NCBI GenBank assembly: GCA_965248535.1
Contig: CBDFJR010000002.1
Span: 640,001-704,000 of the forward strand
From: Phormidesmis sp.
Lineage (GTDB): Bacteria > Cyanobacteriota > Cyanobacteriia > Leptolyngbyales > Leptolyngbyaceae
Length of the DNA: 64,000 nucleotides
Direction: 5' to 3'
Shown here: positions 50,853 through 60,940 of the stretch, in pieces
Position numbering within the stretch: position 1 is the stretch's first letter
Layout of the letters: each line of letters starts with the position of its first letter
Position numbers and translations under genes: made by a program
The notes under the pieces: model-generated
What the model saw: only the letters and a program-made list of their open reading frames with translations
What the model was told of the DNA's origin: nothing
Database searches by the model: none

Positions 50853-51578
50853 ATGGACATCTTGATCGTTGAAGATGAAGCCGAAATCGCTCAACTGATT
50901 CAGCTTTATTTAGAAAAAGAAGGCTTCTCTTGCCGCACCTGTCGCGACGGATTGACCGCCCTGCAACTCTTTCAAGATCAAAAGCCCGATCTGATCATCT
51001 TAGATTTGATGATTCCTAAACTAGATGGGCTAGAAGTCTGTGCCCGCATTCGTCAAAAACCGGGTTCTAAAGACCCCTATATTTTGATGCTGACGGCTAA
51101 AGGTGAAGAACTCGATCGCATCATTGGGCTATCGACCGGGGCCGATGACTATATGGTCAAACCCTTTAGCCCTAAAGAGTTGGTCGCCCGCGTCAGAGCA
51201 CTGCTGAGACGAACGCTGCGCCAAGGAGGACAGAGCCAAATTTATCGGACTCATAGTTTCTCGATCGACCTCGATCAGCGATCGGCGACACGCCACCTCA
51301 GCCCCGACCAGTCAGAGCCGCTCGACTTGACGACTCTGGAGTTTGACCTGCTCTCAACCTTTATGAGCTACCCCGGCCGCGTCTGGAACCGAACGCAGCT
51401 AATTGATAAACTCTGGGGCGACAACTTCTTTGGCGATGAGCGGGTTGTCGATACTCACATTGCTCGGCTCCGCAAAAAAGTCGAACTTGACCCGGCTAGC
51501 CCGACTTTTGTGAAAACGGTGATCGGCGTGGGCTACAAATTTGAAGACGTGACGGAACCCTTCTCTGCAACCAAATAA
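50853..51578 (+). CDS. OmpR-family response regulator
   Basis: ILIVEDE, LDLMIP, KPFS, LTTLEFDLL, VDTHIARLRKK, GVGYKF. Confidence 0.95.
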   Translation: MDILIVEDEAEIAQLIQLYLEKEGFSCRTCRDGLTALQLFQDQKPDLIILDLMIPKLDGLEVCARIRQKPGSKDPYILMLTAKGEELDRIIGLSTGADDYMVKPFSPKELVARVRALLRRTLRQGGQSQIYRTHSFSIDLDQRSATRHLSPDQSEPLDLTTLEFDLLSTFMSYPGRVWNRTQLIDKLWGDNFFGDERVVDTHIARLRKKVELDPASPTFVKTVIGVGYKFEDVTEPFSATK

Positions 51579-51581
51579 CTT

Positions 51582-52673
51582 ATGACTAAACTCGGTTTGC
51601 GGGCCCGGCTCTTTTTGTCTCACACGATCGTGATGGTGGTCGGCTTGAGCACCCTGTTGACCGTCGGCAAACTCTATTCGCCGCGCCTGTTTATCACCCA
51701 CATCGAAAAAATTCAGATGGGGGGAATCAACGTTCAATATGTGCGCCGTCAGTTACTCGAAGGGTTTGAGTCAGCCTGGAGTCGGGGCGCATTTTGGTCA
51801 GTGGTGGTGGGGGGCAGCACCGCCGGGGCGCTGAGTTATCTGGTGTCTCAACGCATCGTGCAGCCGTTGATTCAGCTAGAGCGGATCACGCGCAAATTTG
51901 CATCGGGGCATTTAGAAGAGCGCGTTCCGGCCAATGAGATTCCTGAGTTAGATCGGTTGGCTGAGAGCTTTAACCACATGGCAAAAGAGCTAGAGGGCGT
52001 TGAGCAGCGTCGTCGCGATTTGGTTAGTGATTTAAGCCACGAGTTGAGAACGCCGCTGACGGTTGTGGAGGGCTATCTTGAAGGGCTAGCAGATGGCACG
52101 ATCGAGGCTTCTTCTGACATCTATCAACGGCTGGCTAGAGAAACGACCCGACTGCGCCGCCTCGTCAACGATCTGCAAGAGCTTTCTCAGGCAGAGGCGG
52201 GCTATCTGCCGATTAACGCCAAACCGCTCAATATTGGCCCGCTTTTAGCCGCTTTGGTGCAGCGGTTTTCTGACCAACTGCTAGAAGGCACGACCACGCT
52301 GCGGCTTGAGTGCCCGGCTGAGTTGCCTGCTGCGATCGCTGACCCCGAACGGGTCGAGCAAATTTTGGTCAATCTGATCGGCAATGCCCTGCGCTACACG
52401 CCTGAAGGCAGGGTGACCCTGCAAGCCTGGCAAACCTCAGACCAGATTTGGATCGCCGTTCAAGACACCGGGCAGGGCATCTCTTCAGAAGATTTGCCCC
52501 ATGTGTTTGAGCGATTTTGGCGGTCAGACCGATCGCGCGATCGTCACTCTGGGGGCACGGGCATCGGGTTAGCCATTTCTCGCCGCTTAGTCGAGCTACA
52601 AAAGGGGGTGATTGTGGCTGAAAGCGAGTTAGGTAAAGGGAGCGTGTTCCGATTTTCACTCCCGATCGCCTAG
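51582..52673 (+). CDS. HAMP sensor histidine kinase (BaeS-like)
   Basis: Two TM segments, HAMP, SHELRTPL, NLIGNALRY, GGTGIGL. Confidence 0.94.
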   Translation: MTKLGLRARLFLSHTIVMVVGLSTLLTVGKLYSPRLFITHIEKIQMGGINVQYVRRQLLEGFESAWSRGAFWSVVVGGSTAGALSYLVSQRIVQPLIQLERITRKFASGHLEERVPANEIPELDRLAESFNHMAKELEGVEQRRRDLVSDLSHELRTPLTVVEGYLEGLADGTIEASSDIYQRLARETTRLRRLVNDLQELSQAEAGYLPINAKPLNIGPLLAALVQRFSDQLLEGTTTLRLECPAELPAAIADPERVEQILVNLIGNALRYTPEGRVTLQAWQTSDQIWIAVQDTGQGISSEDLPHVFERFWRSDRSRDRHSGGTGIGLAISRRLVELQKGVIVAESELGKGSVFRFSLPIA

Positions 52674-52734
52674 CGATTCACGACTTCGTGATAAGTCAGT
52701 CACAGGGGTGTCAAACCCAGTCTTTAGAGTAGAG

Positions 52735-52881
52735 ATGAACGTTGTCACGCCTACTATGGTTCCCTTTCCCCTAATGGCGCTTATTATTAGCTGCGTCGTG
52801 TTAATCGCGTTAGTGACTCTCCGTTTTTTGTTTCCTGCTAGCAAGCCTCGTTATCAAAGACGCATTAAACCCAGGAGTTGA
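52735..52881 (+). CDS. Putative small single-TM protein (48 aa, not in ORF track)
   Basis: MNVVTPTMVPFPLMALIISCVVLIALVTLRFLFPASKPRYQRRIKPRS*; ends 15 nt before the next gene. Confidence 0.5.
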   Translation: MNVVTPTMVPFPLMALIISCVVLIALVTLRFLFPASKPRYQRRIKPRS

Positions 52882-52896
52882 GAGATTGATGTCCCC

Positions 52897-53730
52897 ATGT
52901 TAGATAACCCAGCCGCATCTTTAGAGGGTGCGATCGTGAAGCTGGGCAGCGTAGACCTCAAAGTTGCTTATTCACCCGGTGAGTCTCCGGCGATCGTGCT
53001 AGTGCATGGTGGGTTAGGCAATCGCTTTAACTGGCAAAACCAGTGGGAGTTTTTACGATCGCGCGATCGCGCTGTTCTTGCCTACGATCTGGCGGGGCAT
53101 GGCGAATCTGGACGCTATCGGCGCTATTCAGTCGGCAGGCATCGTCGGGATCTAACTCGCCTTTTGCACCACTTTAAGATTCAGCACCCGATCTTGTGTT
53201 GTCACAGCTACGGCGTTCCGATCGGGCTAGAGTGGGCAAATCGTCACGCGGCCAAAGCGCTGATCGCGATCGCTGGGGGCACTCACAATCTCACGCCCTG
53301 GTGGGAAATTCCTTTGATGAAATTTTTTGCGGCGGGCGGATATCAGATCTATCACTCGCCTCAAGTTCAACAATTAATGCAGACCAATCGTGTAGATATC
53401 TCTGACCAGCCTGGCAAGTTGCCGTCTGAGTCTCATCCTTATGAGGCGATCGAGTCTTTTTGGGGCTACGACGGGCGACAGCATAAGCTTCCTTGCCCGG
53501 TGGTGGTGATCACAGGAGGACGCGATCCCGTCTTTCCGCCCCTCATGGGCGACCAGCTAGCCAACCACATGCCCACTAGCCATCATCTGGTCGTGCCTAG
53601 CTCAGGTCACTCGGTCATGGTCGAAGCACCTAACATCGTCAATCAAGCCATTTGGCAACTGCTGCATCGGGGCAGCCTGGTCGAAAGTTGGGTCGATTTA
53701 GTCGGCACTGGCTGGGTGAGCGATCGCTAA
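52897..53730 (+). CDS. Alpha/beta-fold hydrolase
   Basis: VHGGLG, YDLAGHGES, CHSYG nucleophile, GGRDPV, SGHSV. Confidence 0.88.
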   Translation: MLDNPAASLEGAIVKLGSVDLKVAYSPGESPAIVLVHGGLGNRFNWQNQWEFLRSRDRAVLAYDLAGHGESGRYRRYSVGRHRRDLTRLLHHFKIQHPILCCHSYGVPIGLEWANRHAAKALIAIAGGTHNLTPWWEIPLMKFFAAGGYQIYHSPQVQQLMQTNRVDISDQPGKLPSESHPYEAIESFWGYDGRQHKLPCPVVVITGGRDPVFPPLMGDQLANHMPTSHHLVVPSSGHSVMVEAPNIVNQAIWQLLHRGSLVESWVDLVGTGWVSDR

Positions 53731-53744
53731 TTTTTGCCAATAAA

Positions 53745-54260
53745 AAACCCAATGGCGCGACACCACTGAGTTTGGTAGCTGTGAAAGTCGATACTTTCTA
53801 TTGAAATGACTTATGGCAAACACTCAGGTCTGTGATTGAGGCGTTCAAGTCTTTCAATGGATTGCGAGATTTGCACTTCAAAGGTCAACTGCACTTTAAG
53901 CCTAAAGCGCCAAACTACCTTGAAGGCTCAAAGCTTTTTAAGGTAGCCTATCCCAACTCAGGAGGACAAAGACCGACTCTAATTGATGGTCAGTTGCGCT
54001 GAAAGAGTTTACGATTCTGCCTAAGAATGGTGCTTTCTATCTAGAGATGTCTTACGAAGTAAGTCCTCAAGTACATCAACTTGATGTCAATCAAGCGCTA
54101 TCAATCGACTTGGGAACTGCTGACAATCTAGCCGCTTGTGTTAGAACACGCTTATTGGGACGCATGGCTAGACCGTGCAACCCGTAAGCGCAACCATCAG
54201 ATGCGAGATGGGATTAACAAAGCGGCAAAATTGATAGTGTCAGTGTCAGGGATGTCTAGA
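53745..54260 (+). pseudogene. tnpB: Internally deleted tnpB remnant (IS200/IS605 family)
   Basis: Fragments in shifting frames: QTLRSVIEAFKSF..KPKAPNY, KEFTILPKNGAFYLEMSYE..LSIDLGTADNLAACV, TRKRNHQMRDGINKAAKLI. Degenerate hairpin at 53745-53773. The right end is uncertain. Confidence 0.8.
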
Positions 54261-54424
54261 AACCTCATCTGTGATTCTACGGAACTCACTCCTACATTTC
54301 TCCTAAACTCTCAGAAAACCTGCAAAACAATCCGTATTCTCACGCTTTTGCTCTCTGTGACTATTCTAGGGAACCGAAAGCTTTTTGCATCAGCTTGGTA
54401 GGAGTACAAAATTAGTATAAAAGT

Positions 54425-55738
54425 TTAGCCGTTGCGCTCCATCGCGGCGATCGCTTTAGGCACCGCCGCCGTCAAGACTTCATTTCCGCGATCGGTCACT
54501 AACACGTCATCTTCAATGCGAATGCCGATGCCGCGCCAGCGATCGGGCACTTCTGGCTGTCCTTCAAAGGGTTTAAAGTCCGGTCGAATATAGATTCCTG
54601 GCTCGACCGTGACCACTTGACCTGGCTGAAACGGCTGCCAGGTTTCGCCAATTTTGAGCACGCCCACATCGTGGACATCTAGCCCCAGCCAGTGACCCGT
54701 GCCGTGCATAAAGAAGGGCTTATATTTTTTCTCTTTAATGATCTCTTCAATGTCGCCCTGCAAAAGTCCGAGGGACATCAGCCCTTCGACGATCGTCCGC
54801 ACCGCCGCGTCGTGAAAGAGATTCCAGGGATTGCCGGGCTGCACTTGCTCGATCGCGTTCAGTTGGGCCGTCAGCACCAATTCATAGAGAATGCGCTGCT
54901 CTGCGGTGAATTGGTTGCCAACCGGATACGTCCGCGTAATGTCTGAGTTGTAGTAGTCATAAGAGCAGCCCGCATCGACCAACAGCAGTTCGTGATCTCG
55001 CATTTGGCGACGGTTTTCGGTGTAGTGCAAAATGCAGGCGTTTGACCCAGAGGCCACGATCGAGGGATAGGCCGCGCCCAACCCGCCCCTAAGTCGAAAC
55101 AATCGCTCCATTTCTGCCTGAATCTCATATTCATAGCAGCCCGGTTTTCGCATCTCTAGCGCCAAGTTGTGGGCTTCTGCCGCAATCTCAACGGCTTTCC
55201 GCATTCGCATCAGTTCGTCTAAACTTTTCACCTGTCGCAGCGGATGCAGAATTGGGCCCGGATCTTCGATAGCGATCGGGCCCGTGCCCCGCTTGTGGTA
55301 GCTTGACATCAATCGCTGCCAGAGGCTGAGAATGGTCTGATTAAACGCCCGATCGCGCCCCATGTGATAGTAGATGCGGTCAGCCTTCTCGACATATTGG
55401 GTCAGCTTCTCATTTAGTTCAGCGATCGGGTAAGCTTCATCTGCCCCATAACGCTCTTTGGCCGCCTCTACCCCAATCCGATACCCTGACCAGGTTTCTT
55501 TATCAGCATCTTTGGGGCGCACAAACAGCACAAACTTCTGGGTCTCATGATGGGGCGCAATCACCGCTACCGCATCGGGTTCATCAAACCCTGTCAAATA
55601 GAAAAAATTGCTGTCTTGCCGAAAATTATATTCGACATCATTGTGCATGACAGCAGTCGGCGCACTGCGAAAAATGGCGGTGCCCGACCCAATCTTGGTC
55701 ATCAACTGTTCGCGACGCTGGCGATAGTCAGAATCCAT
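54425..55738 (-). CDS. pepP: Xaa-Pro aminopeptidase
   Basis: FRQDSNFFYLTG, LHY, DAG, SDITRT, HGTGHWLGLDVHD, EPGIY, GIRIEDD. Confidence 0.95.
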   Translation of the reverse strand: MDSDYRQRREQLMTKIGSGTAIFRSAPTAVMHNDVEYNFRQDSNFFYLTGFDEPDAVAVIAPHHETQKFVLFVRPKDADKETWSGYRIGVEAAKERYGADEAYPIAELNEKLTQYVEKADRIYYHMGRDRAFNQTILSLWQRLMSSYHKRGTGPIAIEDPGPILHPLRQVKSLDELMRMRKAVEIAAEAHNLALEMRKPGCYEYEIQAEMERLFRLRGGLGAAYPSIVASGSNACILHYTENRRQMRDHELLLVDAGCSYDYYNSDITRTYPVGNQFTAEQRILYELVLTAQLNAIEQVQPGNPWNLFHDAAVRTIVEGLMSLGLLQGDIEEIIKEKKYKPFFMHGTGHWLGLDVHDVGVLKIGETWQPFQPGQVVTVEPGIYIRPDFKPFEGQPEVPDRWRGIGIRIEDDVLVTDRGNEVLTAAVPKAIAAMERNG

Positions 55739-55804
55739 AAAAAATAGCGGCGTGAGTGAAGGGTTAAAAACAAAGGGCAAAAAACGGTTTGCCCTGCCTT
55801 CACT

Positions 55805-56572
55805 TTAGAACCTGTAGCTGAGAACTTGAATCGCCATCCCGGTTTTTGGCAAGTCTGCTTTTTGAATCGAGAGAGCGTCGCCGCCTTTTCGGACTGGGGT
55901 GCCGCTCATCAGCTTGAGAAAGTCGTCAACTCCCACGAGGTCACACTGATCTTTAGCCGCCTGAGTGCGATATTGCGTCGGGATCACAAGTTTAGGATTC
56001 AGCACACTGATGGCTTGCTTTGCCTCTTCAGGAGTGTAGGCTTTGGGCCCGCCCCCAACGGGGATCAGCAAAACGTCTGGGCTGCCCATCAAGATTTTTT
56101 GCTCAAGGGTGACGGGGGCTGCCGCTCCGCCTAGATGCAGCACGGTCACGCCGCCCTGAGTCCAGCGCCAGGCTACGTTGCTGCCAAACCGCTTGCCGCC
56201 GACCCGATCGTGATCAGCGCTGATGCCCTGAATTTTGACCCCGCTCACGTCATAGGCTCCGGCTTCATAGAGCAAGCGAGGGTTTCCGGGCAATAGCTCG
56301 ATCGCCCCTTCGTCTAAAAGCTGACTGCTGATCAGCACCAAATCGGCGGTCAGCTTCGGCGCACGATATCCGGCAGTGCAGCCCAAACTCCGAAAAGGAT
56401 TGACGAGAATTTTCTGCCCGCTTCCGGTAAACAAAAAGCAAGTGTGTCCCAAATATTGCACTGAGAGTGAGCCAGTCTGCGCTTGAGCAGCGTCAAACCC
56501 AGAGATTACACCCGTCCCTACTGCGGTGAGCAAGCTTGCCCCGGCATATTGCACAAACTGTCTTCGTTTCAT
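55805..56572 (-). CDS. MBL-fold metallo-hydrolase-like protein with Tat signal
   Basis: MKRRQFV signal, YLGHTCFL, DVLLIPVGG, PKLVIP. Confidence 0.8.
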   Translation of the reverse strand: MKRRQFVQYAGASLLTAVGTGVISGFDAAQAQTGSLSVQYLGHTCFLFTGSGQKILVNPFRSLGCTAGYRAPKLTADLVLISSQLLDEGAIELLPGNPRLLYEAGAYDVSGVKIQGISADHDRVGGKRFGSNVAWRWTQGGVTVLHLGGAAAPVTLEQKILMGSPDVLLIPVGGGPKAYTPEEAKQAISVLNPKLVIPTQYRTQAAKDQCDLVGVDDFLKLMSGTPVRKGGDALSIQKADLPKTGMAIQVLSYRF

Positions 56573-56646
56573 TAGCTCCCTCACAACAAAATCTAGCGGT
56601 CTAAACAGATTGACAGGTTTCGGTCAAGATCCCACCTTCAACCCTT

Positions 56647-57248
56647 CTAAATCTGATGGCTGATCTCCTGCAAAAAGTTCCTCAGGAGTTGCTTGCCTGA
56701 TGCCGTGAGCACACTTTCTGGGTGAAACTGCACCCCCTGAATATGGGGATAGTGGCGATGGCGCACACCCATAATAGTTTGGTCGTCAACCCAGGCTGTG
56801 ATTTCTAAGACTTCTGGACAAGACTCGCGATCGATGACGAGACTGTGATAGCGAGTGGCAGTCATGGGATTTTCGAGTCCGTTAAAAACGCCTGTGTCGG
56901 TGTGATGCACCTCAGAGGTTTTGCCGTGCATCAGCAGTGGGGCTGAGCTACGATCGTGCCCCCAAACACTTGCCCAATGCTTTGATGCCCCAGGCAGACC
57001 CCCAAAATCGGCAGCGTCGGGCCGAGTTGCCGAATTAAATCCAGCGAAATGCCTGCGTCGTCGGGCCGTCCGGGGCCAGGTGAGATGACTACGCCTGCGG
57101 GGTGAAGCTGACGCACTTGCTCGATCGTGATTTGATCGTTTCGATAAACTTGAATATCTGCCGCTAGGGGAAACTCAGCCCCTAACTCGCCTAGATATTG
57201 CACCAGGTTGTAGGTAAAACTGTCGTAGTTATCAATGACAAGAATCAT
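56647..57248 (-). CDS. trpG: Anthranilate/aminodeoxychorismate synthase component II, frameshifted near 56948
   Basis: [23 protein letters not shown] in the first frame; MHGKTS, RYHSL, QFHPES in the second. The frameshift is probably an artefact. Confidence 0.88.
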
Positions 57249-57319
57249 TTAAAAGCGTGGAAGACGTAAAACTTATTTACCATCCTCCCATATTCTTTCG
57301 CGCCCCTGCTGCTGAGTCT

Positions 57320-57781
57320 TTAATGAAGGGCTAGCTGCATAAACAGAAAGAGTTTGGGCAACAGCAGAAAGCCTGCCACTAGAAGCGCTGCGATCGAGGC
57401 CACTAAAACCGCCGCCGCCGCGCAGTCTTTGGCAATTTTGGCGAGTTCGTGATAGGACTGTTTGACCGTTAAGTCCACCACTGACTCGATCGCCGTGTTG
57501 AGCAACTCCATCGCTAAAACGGCCCCGATCGTCAGCCCAATCACCGCTAGCTCGACGACGCTAAGGTGCAAAAAAACGCCCAGGCTAACCGCTAGAGCGC
57601 CTGCAAAAACGTGAATTCTAAAGTTGCGCTGGGTTTGAAAGGCGTAGCTAAGACCCATCCAGGCATATTGAAAGCTCGTCCACAAAGTTGGAGCCACTTG
57701 CCACGCCAGATCGCGAGTGGGTTTGAGAGGCACCACTTTTGTCAAGGGGCGCTTTGAAGGTTGGCTAGGCAGTTCTGACAT
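57320..57781 (-). CDS. dgkA: Diacylglycerol/undecaprenol kinase family protein
   Basis: SFQYAW.G, QRNFRIH, ELLNTAIESVVD, AKIAKD.AA. Confidence 0.9.
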   Translation of the reverse strand: MSELPSQPSKRPLTKVVPLKPTRDLAWQVAPTLWTSFQYAWMGLSYAFQTQRNFRIHVFAGALAVSLGVFLHLSVVELAVIGLTIGAVLAMELLNTAIESVVDLTVKQSYHELAKIAKDCAAAAVLVASIAALLVAGFLLLPKLFLFMQLALH

Positions 57782-57920
57782 AGTGACTCACGAAGGGACA
57801 GAATAGGCAATCAGCAGCATTAACAACTTGATAACTTGAGCAAGAAGTGGCTTTCTCGTCTTATTTTGCTGTAAATCAGCCCACAAGACAGTATTACAAG
57901 ATTCGTCAGAGGCGTAAAGA

Positions 57921-58439
57921 TCAGTCAATGGGCAAGGTTAGCCCGATCGCGGCTAGCAAAACCTGCTGCTGATTCAACATTCGGGTCAAGCTTTGATCAT
58001 CGGGATGATCCCACCCTAGAAGATGCAATAGCCCGTGGGCTGCTAACCACGCCAAGCTCAGTTTTTAAGCGGGTGCCTCTGCTGGTCAGACTTGGCGGGT
58101 GGCCGTGTCGATCGAGATCACAATATCGCCAAGATAGAGGGCCTCAAGCTCGTCAACAGGCTGCGGACTCTCGACCTCAAGGGCTGCAAACGCCAGCACG
58201 TCAGTCGGCTGGTCTTTGTGGCGATAGTGGTGATTGAGCGTTTGCATCTCACGATCGTCGGTGAGCCGCAAACTTAGCTCATAGGCTTCGTGCGGGTGCA
58301 GCGGCAAGCCATCGTCGAGATCGATCGGGTTGAGAAGCTCTAGCCAATGACGAAACCAAATCTCCCAAGTTTCCGCAGAAATCACGATTTCAGTCTGATC
58401 GGCTAAAAAGCACTCTTGGACACTAATTTCGACCTGCAT
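57921..58439 (-). CDS. ybeY: rRNA maturation RNase YbeY, interrupted by three apparent 1-bp insertions (58051-58091)
   Basis: [17 protein letters not shown] and LGDIVIS upstream; [12 protein letters not shown] downstream in the same frame beyond two stops. Confidence 0.88.
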
Positions 58440-58451
58440 AAACCCTAGACC

Positions 58452-58646
58452 CTAACGAGTGATAAACGCCAGCCCGACTAAAACGCTCAGAAGCCCGATC
58501 GTCGTCAGAGCAAAGTGGTAGATTGAAGTGCCGCGTTTGCGAACCATGTTTCGCATAGCCAGCTTGACATAGCTGGGGTTCTTTGGATCTGTGGATTCAG
58601 AAGTCGAAGACTCAGCAGGCTCAGAGATCGGCGGTAGGTTGCTCAT
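58452..58646 (-). CDS. DUF3285-domain protein
   Basis: PSYVKLAMRNMVRK...HFALT. Confidence 0.8.
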   Translation of the reverse strand: MSNLPPISEPAESSTSESTDPKNPSYVKLAMRNMVRKRGTSIYHFALTTIGLLSVLVGLAFITR

Positions 58647-58749
58647 AAATTCTGACGCATCACAGGGTTAAAGAAGTCACGGTCAATCATTAATGTAGCA
58701 ATTTGCGGCCCTACTCCTTTTCAGTTCTTTGTTCTTTTACGGTTCTCTC

Positions 58750-59249
58750 ATGTCTCGTCTTGCCAGCATCATTGAAGCCATTCTTTATCTCAAGGCCAAC
58801 CGCTCTCGATCGCTGAGATTGCCGAGTTTGCGGCGTGCGATCGGGCCACGGCTCAAGAAGAGCTTTTAGAACTGATGACAGATTATGCCCACCGAGATAG
58901 TGCCCTAGAAATTCTAGAAACGCCTAACGGCTATAGCTTACAGCTACGAGAAGCCTATCAGCATCTGGTGCAGATCCTCGTGCCAGCCGATTTAGGTGTG
59001 GGTGAATTGCGAACCTTGGCGGCGATCGCCATCAAAGGCCCGATCGCCCAAACCGACCTAGTAGATCTGAGGGGATCAGGAGCCTATCAGCACGTTCAAG
59101 AACTCGTCGTGCAAGGCTTTGTCCGCAAGCGGCGACAGTCAGACGGACGATCGTATTGGATTCAGGTAACCGACAAGTTTCACCAATATTTTCAACTTAA
59201 CCAATTGCCTCAGAGCCTAGAGAAGCTAAGAAGCAAAGCCGCCGAGTAG
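58750..59249 (+). CDS. scpB: SMC-Scp complex subunit ScpB, apparent 1-bp deletion near 58794
   Basis: MSRLASIIEAILYLK, then shifted (G)QPLSIAEIAE; LRTLAAIA, RGSGAYQHV.EL, VTDKF. Confidence 0.88.
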
Positions 59250-59355
59250 AAAACCCATCAAAACTTCACAATCGCCCAAATCTCTCTCTAAAAAGAGGTA
59301 GGTACAGCTTTTAGAAGAAGTGTCAAAATAGGGCAATCGGCGTTTCTAAAACCTC

Positions 59356-59688
59356 ATGGCATTTAACCCTGACCAGGCTAACTCCCTCCAAACTGACGAG
59401 GCGGCTGACGTTAACGCACTTCTCAACTATCTCCAGCACCAATCCCCCGATGTTTTAGAGCGCGTGGCTCGTTCGGCTAGCCCTAGAGTCAAACAAATCA
59501 TCTCCAACAACGTGCAAGGGTTGATGGGGGTTTTGCCCTCTGAAGGCTTTGGAGTCAAAATCACTACTGATCGAGAGAATCTAGCAGGCTTGCTGGCCTC
59601 GGCGATGTTGACAGGCTATTTTCTGCGGCAGATGGAGCAACGCATGGAGCTAGAAGACCTCTCAGGCATTCACGAAGCAACCGAGTAG
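59356..59688 (+). CDS. DUF760-domain protein
   Basis: NVQGLMGVLP..F.V.ITT.RENLAGLLASAMLTGYFLRQME.R. Confidence 0.85.
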   Translation: MAFNPDQANSLQTDEAADVNALLNYLQHQSPDVLERVARSASPRVKQIISNNVQGLMGVLPSEGFGVKITTDRENLAGLLASAMLTGYFLRQMEQRMELEDLSGIHEATE

Positions 59689-59706
59689 CCCGGACTGCTA
59701 ATCAGG

Positions 59707-60900
59707 CTACTGATCGGCGCGATTGGTCGGAAACGCACCAGGACGAACGCGGAACGTTTTGGACTGATTGCCTCGAATGACTTCCACGCCGAGTGGGGTG
59801 CCGATCGAGCTAGATTCCACCTGCGCTTGCACGTCAGCCGAGGTCTTGACCGGAGCACCATTGATTTTTTGAATCACGTCTCCGGGCTGCAATCCGCCTT
59901 GAGCGGCCGGTGAGTTATCTAACACCCGCGCCACATAGACTCCTTGATCTTGACTAACTTTGACTTCGGTTTCTTGATCTTTGTTGAGTTCATCGCGAAT
60001 CGTCGGACTCAGATCAACCATCTGAATGCCTAGAAAAGGATGCTCAACTCGACCGTTGCTAAATAGCTGCTCAACGACTCGCCGCGCCGTCTCGATCGGA
60101 ATCGCAAAGCCCAACCCCTGAGCATCGGCCCGAATGGCGGTGTTGATGCCGATGACTTCACCGCGATCGTTGAGCAACGGCCCCCCCGAATTGCCTGGAT
60201 TGATCGCCGCATCGGTCTGAATGAAGCTGACGCGCTTATCGGGCACCCCCACCTGAGAGCTAGAGCGATCGAGGGCGCTAATAATGCCTGCGGTGACGGT
60301 GTTGTCTAGCCCAAACGGGTTGCCAATGGCGATCGCCCACTGCCCCGGAATCAGCGTTGAAGATTTGCCTAACTGCACGCTCGGAAGATTGTTGGCGTTA
60401 ATCTTAACCGCCGCCACATCCGTCACAGGATCGACTCCCACGACCTTTCCTTCAAAGGTGCGCCCGTCTTTGAGTTTGACTTCTACGGTGTCTGACCCAG
60501 ACACGACATGGGCATTAGTGATCAGACGACCGTCAGCGCTGACAATAAACCCTGACCCGGTGCCGCGCTCGACCCGATCGGCAGGGGCAGGCAGTTGGTC
60601 ACCAAAAAATCGCTTAAACAGCGGGTTGCGAAAGGTCTCTGGCACCTGGCTGGTGACTCGTCTGGCAGAGTCAATTCTGACGACGGCTGGGCCGACTTTT
60701 TCGACGGCGGCCGCAATAAAGTTTGAGTTGTTGACGGCAGTGTCTGAAATGGCAATCTTAGTCTGATTGGCAAACAGCGGCAGCCCTGAAGACAAGTTTC
60801 CAGAGAGTCGATTGTTATAGTGACTGCTGATCAGAGCAGCACCCCCTCCGATCGCTAAGAGTGACGTGCCGATCGCCAGTTGCTTAAAAGAGAGAACCAT
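59707..60900 (-). CDS. HtrA/HhoA/HhoB serine protease with PDZ domain
   Basis: GTGSGFI, TNAHVV, DVA, TDAAINPGNSGGPL, C-terminal PDZ. Confidence 0.95.
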   Translation of the reverse strand: MVLSFKQLAIGTSLLAIGGGAALISSHYNNRLSGNLSSGLPLFANQTKIAISDTAVNNSNFIAAAVEKVGPAVVRIDSARRVTSQVPETFRNPLFKRFFGDQLPAPADRVERGTGSGFIVSADGRLITNAHVVSGSDTVEVKLKDGRTFEGKVVGVDPVTDVAAVKINANNLPSVQLGKSSTLIPGQWAIAIGNPFGLDNTVTAGIISALDRSSSQVGVPDKRVSFIQTDAAINPGNSGGPLLNDRGEVIGINTAIRADAQGLGFAIPIETARRVVEQLFSNGRVEHPFLGIQMVDLSPTIRDELNKDQETEVKVSQDQGVYVARVLDNSPAAQGGLQPGDVIQKINGAPVKTSADVQAQVESSSIGTPLGVEVIRGNQSKTFRVRPGAFPTNRADQ

Positions 60901-60940
60901 AAAACTCGATCGCTCTATACCGCCCTACTCTAACCTTAAT

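Noticed and set aside
54138..54401. 87-aa ORF as an independent gene
   Set aside because: The first half is a tnpB fragment and the rest is read-through into non-coding DNA.
56931..58800. Programmed frameshifting in trpG, ybeY or scpB
   Set aside because: No slippery sites or stimulators; the pattern fits indel errors.
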